From Candidatus Humicultor tengchongensis (GTDB taxonomy: Bacteria; Sysuimicrobiota; Sysuimicrobiia; Sysuimicrobiales; Humicultoraceae): DNA of 64,000 nucleotides. Shown in pieces: positions 54,377 through 62,839 of the stretch (the stretch's first letter is position 1; each line of letters begins with the position of its first letter). The notes beneath the pieces were generated by a model. It was not told where the DNA came from and did no database searches. It saw nothing but the letters and a program-made list of their open reading frames with translations. A program made the position numbers and the translations under genes. The stretch is taken from positions 596-64,595 of the forward strand of contig JAVKIA010000002.1 in NCBI GenBank assembly GCA_031459715.1, written 5' to 3'.

Positions 54377-55505
54377 ATGAGGCGCGTGCGCTTGTGGGCA
54401 CTCCCGGCCGCGGTGGTCATGGTCACCCTGCCCCTGATTGGGGCTGCCCTGACCTCCTGGCACGTCCCCGCACCCCCGGTGGCCGCAGCACAGGCGGCAG
54501 CGGCCCAGACCTCCTGCGTCAGATGCCACACCAGCCGGGCGGCGCTGGAGCCGCTGGTACGCCCCCTGCCGCCTCCACCAGCCGAAGGTGAGGGGTGAGC
54601 GGCGCCGCTGCTCCCGGCGGGGGCACCCTACGAGAGGAAGCTGGTCGATCCCCGGTTCCTGCAGACGGTGCACGGGCAACTGGGCTGTACGGCCTGCCAC
54701 GGGGGTCGTCCCGAGGCGGCAGACGCGGCCACGGCGCACCAGGGGATGGTCGGCCGCCCCTCGGAGGATCCCCTGAAGGCGTGCGGCTCCTGCCACCCGG
54801 ACATTACCGCCACCTTCACCAGGAGCCTGCACTTCACTACTCGGGGGCTGGAGCGGGGGCTGCAACGGGTGCCACAACGGGCGGGTGGGGGCTGAGTTTA
54901 TGGGGCAGTACGAGGGATTTCCCCCGGACGTGCACTTTGCCAAGGCGAAGATGGCCTGCACCGGCTGCCACAGCGGTGTGCAATTGCACGGCCAGGGCGA
55001 AGCTGCTGCGGCCAACCGCTTCGCTGTCCCCACCAGGCCGGCGTGCTCCGGCTGCCACCCCGCGGCGGTTCCGGGGAAGAGCACCCTGCGGGTGCACACT
55101 GTCCACGGGACGAAGCTGGCCTGCCAGGTCTGCCACGGCAACGTCAGCCGGAGCTGCTTCAACTGCCACGCCGGAGAGGGAGCGACCTCCCGACCCATGC
55201 TGAAGATCGGGCGCAACCTGCGGCCGGAGCTTCCCTATCTCTATGTTCTGCTTCGCCACGTGCCCACCACGCCAGACATGATCGACAGGCGGACGGGACT
55301 GTCCAACACTCTGGTCCACTTCGACCGCATCCCCACCTGGAAGACGGCGACGCCACACAACATCCAGCGGGTGACGCCGCGCAGCCAGACCTGCGCCGCC
55401 TGTCACAACAGCCCGAGTTTGTTCCTCCGGTTGCAGGACCTCGACCCGAGTGACTCGCAGGCCAACGGGCGGGCGGTCACAGCACCGCCAGCCCCAATCC
55501 GGTAA
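54377..55505 (+). pseudogene. multiheme (nine CxxCH) cytochrome c with signal peptide, apparently disrupted by an in-frame TGA (54596-54598) and a +1 frameshift in a G-run (~54842-54859)
   Basis: Three track ORFs (54377..54598, 54668..54895, 54885..55505) read as one protein: CVRCH, CTACH, CGSCH, CNGCH (only visible in the shifted frame), CTGCH, CSGCH, CQVCH, CFNCH, CAACH. Confidence 0.55.
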
Positions 55506-55518
55506 GGAGGGAAGAGCG

Positions 55519-55956
55519 ATGCGCAGGGTGGTTCTGACTCTGGTGGTTGCCATGGCCCTGGGCGCGGCCGTGCCCGCGCTGGGGCAGGCTCCTGCTGTGC
55601 AGGAGCTCGTGGCGGCCTATCTGACCGCGCCTCCGGCGGACTTCAACTGCATCGCCGCGCCGGCGCTGAAAGCCCGTCTGGACGCCGGGGAGAAGATCTT
55701 CCTGCTGGACGTACGCGAGCCGTCGGAGTACGCCAACGGCCACATTGCCGGTGCGGTGAACGTCCCCATCCGCACCCTGGTGGCCAACCTGGATAAGCTC
55801 CCGCCCAGGGACGCCTCTATCGTCACCTACTGCGGCGTGGGCACACGTGGTGCCTACGCCACTATGGCCCTCTCCCTCCTCGGTTACACCAACGTGAAGA
55901 ACCTGGGGCTGGGGCTGAACGGCTGGACGGCCCAGGGCTTCCCCACCGTCAGGTAG
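55519..55956 (+). CDS. secreted single-domain rhodanese-like sulfurtransferase
   Basis: Signal peptide MRRVVLTLVVAMALGAAVPALGQAPA. Rhodanese active-site loop YCGVGTRGAYA. AAGGAGGG RBS. Confidence 0.8.
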   Translation: MRRVVLTLVVAMALGAAVPALGQAPAVQELVAAYLTAPPADFNCIAAPALKARLDAGEKIFLLDVREPSEYANGHIAGAVNVPIRTLVANLDKLPPRDASIVTYCGVGTRGAYATMALSLLGYTNVKNLGLGLNGWTAQGFPTVR

Positions 55957-56064
55957 CCCGGACCCGCCACCTGCAGGGACGGCGGCCGGAAAGCGTCCGG
56001 CCGCCGTCCGTCTACCCCAGAGGCTGTCTGCAGCCAGTGCGCGTGCGGACTCCCGAGAAGACGG

Positions 56065-58110
56065 GTGGATGTGGATACTCTGTCGGCCCGATGGTTCAGC
56101 CTGTCCCTGAGGGGGCATGCTGGAGGTGTGGCGCGCTCCGGCGGACATCGGCGGGCCGCTGGCGGCGCGCCCGGGTGGGAGGCCCCGGGGGGCGGGGCGG
56201 TGCGTCTGCACCTGAAGATCACCCTGTGGATCGTGGCCATCTTCCTCATCGTGGGAGCATTCTCCATCTACGCCCTGGTCCTCTTCCAGCGCAGCGCCAC
56301 CCTGCAGCAGTTCGAGGCCATGGCCAAGACCCTCACCGGGACCATCCTGCACAGCCTCACCACCACCATGATCAACAACAACCCCCGGGAGATGAAGCAG
56401 ATCATCGGGCACATCGAGGAGACGCCAGGGATCCATCGCGTGCGCATCTACTCCCCCAACGGGAGGGTCTGGGCCTCCTCCCGGGTGGAGGAGGTGGGCG
56501 TTCTGCGGCCCTCCGCCCTCCTGGCCCGCGTCCTCAGCCGCCGGGAGGCGGCGGCGGAGGAGCGCCCGGAGGCCGGGGAGCTGCTCGTCCTCACCCCCGT
56601 CGAGAACCGCGCCGAGTGCCGCGCCTGCCACGCCGCCGACGGCCCGGTGCTGGGGGCCATCGGCGTCTCCCTGGGCACGGGGCAGGTATCGGCACACCTG
56701 CGCTCCACCGCCCAGCTTCTGGCCGGCCTGGTGGGCTTTACCTTCCTCCTGGCGCTGGGGACGCTCAGCGTCCTCCTTGGCCGCTTCGTCCTGGATCCGC
56801 TGTCGGCCATGGTGGCCGCGGTGCAGGAGCTCTCCCGGGGGAACTACCGGGCCCGGGCCGCAGTGAGCACCGGGGACGAGCTGGGGGTGCTGGCGGCGGC
56901 CTTCAACGACATGAGCGCCCGGATCGAACGATCCACCGCCGCGCTGGCCGAGGAGATCAGCGACCTTACCCGGCGCCTCTCCACGCTCACCGTCTTCAGC
57001 AGGACCCTTACTGCGGCGGCAGACCTCTCTTCAGCCCTGCACGAGGCGGCGGCGGCCATGCGGGAGGCGGTCCGCGCCGATGCCTGCGTTGTCTACGGCC
57101 GCAGCGACGGGGGCCTGCATCCCATGGCCGCAGCCGGAGACCCCACACCGGTCGCCCCCTGGGGGGCGGCGGTGGCGGAGGAGCTGGCCGGCCGCTCCCT
57201 CTCCACTCCGGGCGGCCCAGGCGAGGTCCAGCACCCCATCCCCGGGGTCGGCGCGGTCCTGGCCCTCCCCCTGCGCACGCGGGACCAGGACCTGGGAGCC
57301 ATGCTGGTGGCCCGGGCGCAGGAGCAGCCGTTCGAGCGCACCGACCTGATGCTGCTGCACACGGTGGCCAACCAGCTGGCCATCGCCATCGAGAACGTCC
57401 GTCTCTTTGAAGAGGTGCGGGAGAAGGAGAACCTGCGTCGCGAGCTGCTCAGCCGGCTGATAAGCGCTCACGAGGACGAGCGCTTCCGCATCTCCCGCGA
57501 GCTGCACGACGAGGTCAGCCAGTCGCTGACCGGGCTGATGATGCGCCTCAATGCCGCTGAGGAGGTTGTCCCCCAGGACCTGGAGCAGGCGCGGGCCACC
57601 CTGGCCGCGGTGCGGGGGGTGGCCGAGCAGACGCTGGAGGAGGTGCGCAAGATCATCTTCGCCCTGCGTCCTACGCTGCTGGACGACCTGGGCCTGATCC
57701 CCGCCGTGCGCCACTACGCCAAGAACCTGCTGGAGCCGGCGGGCGTGCAGGTCCGCCTCTCCGCCAGCGGGTTCGGGCAGCGGCGGCTGCCCCGGCCCGT
57801 GGAGACCACAGTCTTCCGCGTGGCCCAGGAGGCAGTGACCAACGTCGCCCGCCATGCCCAGGCCCGCCTGGCCACCATCACCCTGGAGCTCACCGACGGC
57901 ACCGTCCGCCTGACGGTCACCGACGACGGTGTGGGCTTCGACCCGGAGGCGACCCGGGCCGACCCCGCCCGGCGGCGCCTGGGGATCGTGGGGATGGAGG
58001 AGCGGGTGGCCCTGCTGGGCGGCAGGCTGCGGATCAGCTCACGCCCCGGGGAGGGGACGACGGTGCAGGTGGAGCTGCCCGTGGACTTGGCTGTCCCCGG
58101 TGGGGTGTGA
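56065..58110 (+). CDS. sensor histidine kinase (HisKA_3/NarX-like) with a heme c (CxxCH) motif in the extracytoplasmic sensor domain
   Basis: Two TM helices flank a ~160-aa domain containing ENRAECRACHAADGP. Then HAMP, GAF-like and HisKA_3 (ELHDEVSQSLTGL) domains, and HATPase (GMEERVALLGG). Start uncertain: GTG 56065 or GTG 56200. Confidence 0.85.
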   Translation: MDVDTLSARWFSLSLRGHAGGVARSGGHRRAAGGAPGWEAPGGGAVRLHLKITLWIVAIFLIVGAFSIYALVLFQRSATLQQFEAMAKTLTGTILHSLTTTMINNNPREMKQIIGHIEETPGIHRVRIYSPNGRVWASSRVEEVGVLRPSALLARVLSRREAAAEERPEAGELLVLTPVENRAECRACHAADGPVLGAIGVSLGTGQVSAHLRSTAQLLAGLVGFTFLLALGTLSVLLGRFVLDPLSAMVAAVQELSRGNYRARAAVSTGDELGVLAAAFNDMSARIERSTAALAEEISDLTRRLSTLTVFSRTLTAAADLSSALHEAAAAMREAVRADACVVYGRSDGGLHPMAAAGDPTPVAPWGAAVAEELAGRSLSTPGGPGEVQHPIPGVGAVLALPLRTRDQDLGAMLVARAQEQPFERTDLMLLHTVANQLAIAIENVRLFEEVREKENLRRELLSRLISAHEDERFRISRELHDEVSQSLTGLMMRLNAAEEVVPQDLEQARATLAAVRGVAEQTLEEVRKIIFALRPTLLDDLGLIPAVRHYAKNLLEPAGVQVRLSASGFGQRRLPRPVETTVFRVAQEAVTNVARHAQARLATITLELTDGTVRLTVTDDGVGFDPEATRADPARRRLGIVGMEERVALLGGRLRISSRPGEGTTVQVELPVDLAVPGGV

Positions 58111-58111
58111 G

Positions 58112-58768
58112 ATGGCCCTGCGGGTACTGATCGTGGACGACCACACCCTGGTCCGGGCGGGCATCCGCGCCCTGCTCCAGGCGGCCCCCAGCGTGGAGGT
58201 GGTGGGAGAGGCGGAAGACGGACTGGGCGCCCTGGATCAGGTGCGCGCCCTGCGCCCGGACGTGGTCCTGATGGACGTGGCCATGCCCCGGCTGGGCGGC
58301 GTGGAGGCGACGCGGCGGATCAAGGAGGAGTTCCCCCAGATGCAGGTGCTGGCCCTGACAGTGCATGACAACGAGGAATACCTGTTCCAGATGCTGCGCG
58401 CCGGCGCCTGCGGCTACGTGCTGAAGAAGGCCAGGCCGGCAGAGCTGGTGGACGCCATAGAGGCCGCCTCGCGCGGCGAGACCTATCTGTACCCGTCCAT
58501 GGCCACAGCCCTGGTAGCGGACTACCTGCGACGGGTGGAATCCGGCGAGGAGACCGGAGCCTACGAGGAGCTGACGCCGCGGGAGCGGGAGATTCTCAAG
58601 CTTATCGCCGAAGGGTACACCAGCGCTGAGATCGGCGAGCTGCTGCACCTCTCGGTGAAGACCGTGCAGGCCCACCGGCAGCACATCATGGAGAAGCTGG
58701 ACCTGCACCGGCCGGCGCAGCTCATCAAGTACGCCATCCGCAAGGGGCTGGTGGAGGCCGACTCCTGA
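58112..58768 (+). CDS. NarL/LuxR-family response regulator
   Basis: LIVDDHTLVRAGIRALL (REC) and LTPREREILKLIAEGYTSAEIGELLHLSVKTVQAHR (LuxR HTH). Confidence 0.9.
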   Translation: MALRVLIVDDHTLVRAGIRALLQAAPSVEVVGEAEDGLGALDQVRALRPDVVLMDVAMPRLGGVEATRRIKEEFPQMQVLALTVHDNEEYLFQMLRAGACGYVLKKARPAELVDAIEAASRGETYLYPSMATALVADYLRRVESGEETGAYEELTPREREILKLIAEGYTSAEIGELLHLSVKTVQAHRQHIMEKLDLHRPAQLIKYAIRKGLVEADS

Positions 58769-58828
58769 GGCCGGGGCAGCGGCGGTCCACCTCCCTCTTG
58801 CGTCGCTACCTCAATGGCGATAGAATCT

Positions 58829-58851
58829 TTGTTGAGAATGAATCTCAACAA
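58829..58851. promoter_or_regulatory. perfect 9-bp inverted repeat TTGTTGAGA-ATGAA-TCTCAACAA spanning the candidate start of the Fur-family gene; candidate Fur-family operator
   Basis: Read from the sequence. Fur-family proteins commonly autoregulate through palindromic boxes (established knowledge). Confidence 0.4.
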
Positions 58852-59335
58852 GCCAGAGGTTCTGCCCTTCCTCCGGTCTCTGCGGGCGGCCGGGCACCGG
58901 GTGACCCCGCAGCGCCTGGCCCTTTTTGCGGCGCTGCGCGCCGCCGTCGACCACCCCTCGGCGGAGACACTGTTCCGCCGGGTGCGGCAGCGCCACCCCA
59001 CGCTCAGCCGGGCGTCGGTCTACAAGACCCTGCACCTGCTGAGCGCACTGGGGCTGGCGGTTCCGCTGGAGGGCGCCGACGGCGTCACCCGTTACGACGG
59101 CCGCTCCGTCCCCCACGTGAACGCCGTCTGCGTGAGCTGCGGGACCGTGGTCGACCTGGCCGCGGATGTGAGCCGGCTGCTGCCGCGGCTGGCCCGGGCC
59201 TCCGGGTTCCTCCTGGAGCGCCACCTCACCGTGTACGGTCTCTGCCCGCGGTGCCGGCAGGCAGGGCAAGCCCACTCCAAGGAGGTGCAGCATGGGAGAG
59301 CAAGGTCGGTCCGTCGTCGAGGTGGACGTCGCTGA
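58838..59335 (+). CDS. Fur-family metalloregulator (Fur/PerR/Zur type)
   Basis: GHRVTPQRLALFAAL (DNA-binding helix). Structural Zn Cys pairs CVSCG and CPRC. Start ambiguous (ATG 58814 or 58838). Confidence 0.75.
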   Translation: MNLNKPEVLPFLRSLRAAGHRVTPQRLALFAALRAAVDHPSAETLFRRVRQRHPTLSRASVYKTLHLLSALGLAVPLEGADGVTRYDGRSVPHVNAVCVSCGTVVDLAADVSRLLPRLARASGFLLERHLTVYGLCPRCRQAGQAHSKEVQHGRARSVRRRGGRR

Positions 59336-59786
59336 GGTCATCCGCGAGTTGAAGAAGGCCTACCTGGATGAGCTCCTGGCGTTCTACTCCTACTGGATCA
59401 CCTCCCAGGTGGCAGAGGGCTTCCACGGGGAGGAGCTGATGGAGCACTTCAAGGAGGAGGCCACTGACGAGCTGGGCCACGCGGCCAAGCTGGCCGCCCG
59501 CATCATCGAGCTGGGCGGGGATCCGGTGGTCCACCCCCGTGACTGGGAGGCAGGGGCGAACGCGCCCTGGACCGCCCCCCGGCAGGACTGGGCGGACGCG
59601 GACGGCATGGTGGAAGACCAGATCAAGGCCGAGCGCGGCGCCATCGCCGCCTACAACCGTCTGGCCAAGCTGACCCTGGGCAAGGACCACGCCACCTACG
59701 CTCTGGCCACGGAGCTGCTGCGGGACGAGGTTCGCCACGAAGAGTTCCTGGAGAACCTGCTGGCGAAGCCGGGTACGCGGCGCTAG
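59292..59786 (+). CDS. bacterioferritin-like ferritin-fold diiron protein
   Basis: ELLAFYSYWITSQ, ATDELGHAAKLAARI and ELLRDEVRHEEFLENLL align with Bfr di-iron ligand helices. AAGGAGG RBS. Confidence 0.7.
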   Translation: MGEQGRSVVEVDVAEVIRELKKAYLDELLAFYSYWITSQVAEGFHGEELMEHFKEEATDELGHAAKLAARIIELGGDPVVHPRDWEAGANAPWTAPRQDWADADGMVEDQIKAERGAIAAYNRLAKLTLGKDHATYALATELLRDEVRHEEFLENLLAKPGTRR

Positions 59787-59877
59787 ATCCCCTTCAGGTT
59801 CGAGGCCGGCCCGCGACTCTTTCCCCTGAGCCAGAGGAGACGGCGTGGGGCTCGTCGGTGCGGGCGGTGCTGCTGCT

Positions 59878-59914
59878 CCCGGAGGCGCTGGTGGCAGCTA
59901 CCAGCGCCTCCGGG
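59878..59914 (+). terminator. perfect 15-bp hairpin CCCGGAGGCGCTGGT-GGCAGCT-ACCAGCGCCTCCGGG downstream of the bfr-like gene; putative intrinsic terminator
   Basis: Read from the sequence. No U-tract. Confidence 0.45.
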
Positions 59915-60021
59915 ACACACCACCCCCGTTGTCTGTAGTGCACTTCGCTGGAGAAGACGACGGATCGGGCTGGGGGCGTTATGTATTCTTGATCCGATTC
60001 TCTTTACCTTTTAATTGAAGT

Positions 60022-60249
60022 ATGAAAAGCAGGATCTCCTCCAAGGGTCAGGTGACCGTTCAGGTAGAGGTGGGGAACAAGCTGGGGCTGCAGCCTGGCA
60101 CCGTGGTGACGTTGGAGATTCATAAGGACGGCGTTCTACTGCGGAAGGGGGGTGCGGGCGGAAGCCCTGTCGACCTCATCTTTGGGATCCTCAGGCTTCG
60201 CAAGTCCACAGATTCCCTCCTGGACGAGATGCGAGGGCCCAGAGGGTGA
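60022..60249 (+). CDS. AbrB/MazE/SpoVT-family swapped-hairpin DNA-binding protein (antitoxin-like), orphan
   Basis: MKSRISSKGQVTVQVEVGNKLGLQPGTVVTL resembles the SpoVT_AbrB motif. The upstream ~80 bp is visibly AT-rich compared with the rest of the window. Confidence 0.55.
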   Translation: MKSRISSKGQVTVQVEVGNKLGLQPGTVVTLEIHKDGVLLRKGGAGGSPVDLIFGILRLRKSTDSLLDEMRGPRG

Positions 60250-60297
60250 AGAGTCGCGATGGCGCGCCGACGCCGACCCGGGGCGCGAGCTCATCGA

Positions 60298-61356
60298 TCA
60301 GCAGATCCGTGGCAGCTGCTCACCACTTAGCATGTCAACAACCCGCGAAGCACCGATGGTCGTCGTCATGGTGACGAGACCTCCCTTGCGGGCGGCCTCC
60401 ACGCGGCCGATGATCCGTGCCTCTGCGCCCAGAGCGGTGCCCCACAGGATCTCCAGCGCCCGCTGTGCGTCCTGTGGCGCCACAAAGGCCACGAAGCGCC
60501 CCTCGTTGGCCACGTAGAGGGGGTCCAGGCCCAGCATCTCGCAGGCGCCCTGCACGTCGGGGCGCACGGGGATGGCCCGCTCCTCCAGCTCCACGTGCAC
60601 CCCGGCGGCGCGGGCGATCTCGATGACCGCCCCGGCCAGCCCCCCGCGGGTGAGGTCGCGCAGGCAGTGCACCTGAACCCCACCCTCCAGCAGGGCCATC
60701 ACCGGCTGCACCAGCGGAGCGCAGTCGGAGGTGATCTCGCTTTCGAAGCTCAGCCCCTCGCGCACGGCCATGACCGCCATTCCGTGCCGGCCCACGTCGC
60801 CGTTGAGCAGGAGGACGTCGCCGGAGCGGACCCGCTGCGGGCGGATGTCCCGCCCGGGGGGCACGATCCCCAGGCCGGCCGTGGTGACAAAGAGGCCGTC
60901 CCCCTTGCCCCGGTCCACAACCTTGGTGTCGCCGGTGACGATGGGCACACCGGCGGCGGCCGCAGCGTCCTGCATGGAGCGGACCACGCGCCACAGCGTC
61001 TCCATGGGCAGCCCCTCCTCCAGGATGAAGGCGGCGCCCAGCGCCAGCGGCCGGGCGCCGCACATGGCCAGGTCGTTGACGGTGCCGTTTACGGCCAGCG
61101 TGCCGATGTCCCCCCCGGGGAAGAAGAGCGGGCGGACCACGTAGCTGTCGGTGCTCAGGGCGATCCGACCCCCGTCCGCCTGCAGCACCGCCCCGTCGTG
61201 GCGCACCTCCAGGGGCGGATTGCGGAAGGCAGCAAGAAACATCTTCTCGATCAGCCCGTGCATCAGCTTGCCCCCGCCGCCGTGCGCCAGCAGGACCTGC
61301 GGGTACTCGCTGATGGGGATGGGGCAGGAGAGGACGAAGTCCTCCGCGTCCCTCAT
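60298..61356 (-). CDS. hypE: [NiFe] hydrogenase maturation factor HypE
   Basis: AIR-synthase-like family. [13 protein letters not shown]-terminus and C-terminal ...GEQLPRIC (HypE terminal Cys). Confidence 0.9.
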   Translation of the reverse strand: MRDAEDFVLSCPIPISEYPQVLLAHGGGGKLMHGLIEKMFLAAFRNPPLEVRHDGAVLQADGGRIALSTDSYVVRPLFFPGGDIGTLAVNGTVNDLAMCGARPLALGAAFILEEGLPMETLWRVVRSMQDAAAAAGVPIVTGDTKVVDRGKGDGLFVTTAGLGIVPPGRDIRPQRVRSGDVLLLNGDVGRHGMAVMAVREGLSFESEITSDCAPLVQPVMALLEGGVQVHCLRDLTRGGLAGAVIEIARAAGVHVELEERAIPVRPDVQGACEMLGLDPLYVANEGRFVAFVAPQDAQRALEILWGTALGAEARIIGRVEAARKGGLVTMTTTIGASRVVDMLSGEQLPRIC

Positions 61357-61414
61357 GGCGGTGCGCACCTCCCTGGCGTCGTGGCGGAACACCCTGTGCC
61401 GGCGCGCAGCGCTG

Positions 61415-62518
<1,104 letters not shown>

Positions 62519-62548
62519 GGCCTCCTCACCCGCCTCCGGTCAGGTCGG

Positions 62549-62833
62549 TCACTCCCCGGAGTAGCGCGGCGGCAGCTCCGCGGACACCGCGTCTCCCGCT
62601 GGCTCCTGCGCCTCCAGCTCGGCCAGGTAGGCGAAGATTTGCTCCGCCTCCCGCTCGTCCACCCGGCTGAGGGCGAATCCCACGTGCACCATGACGTAGT
62701 CGCCGACCTGCGCCTCGGGGACGAAGGCCAGGTTGACCTCCTTGATGACGCCCCCGAAGCTCACCCGGCCGCTGCGCTCCAGACCCTCACCGGGGGTGAT
62801 GCTGACGATCTTTCCGGGAACCGCCAGGCACAT
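62549..62833 (-). CDS. hypC: hydrogenase maturation chaperone HypC
   Basis: MCLAVPGKIV N-terminus. 94 aa. Confidence 0.9.
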   Translation of the reverse strand: MCLAVPGKIVSITPGEGLERSGRVSFGGVIKEVNLAFVPEAQVGDYVMVHVGFALSRVDEREAEQIFAYLAELEAQEPAGDAVSAELPPRYSGE

Positions 62834-62839
62834 CTGGTC

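Noticed and set aside
54596-54598. Second selenocysteine UGA inside the multiheme cytochrome
   Set aside because: No GGUCU-type hairpin follows, and selenocysteine is unprecedented in such cytochromes. The same gene also carries a frameshift, so disruption or sequencing error is more likely.
60152-60517. 121-aa + strand ORF as the toxin partner of the MazE-like gene
   Set aside because: No toxin-family features (PIN, MazF, RelE). It is entirely antisense to the hypE 3' end.
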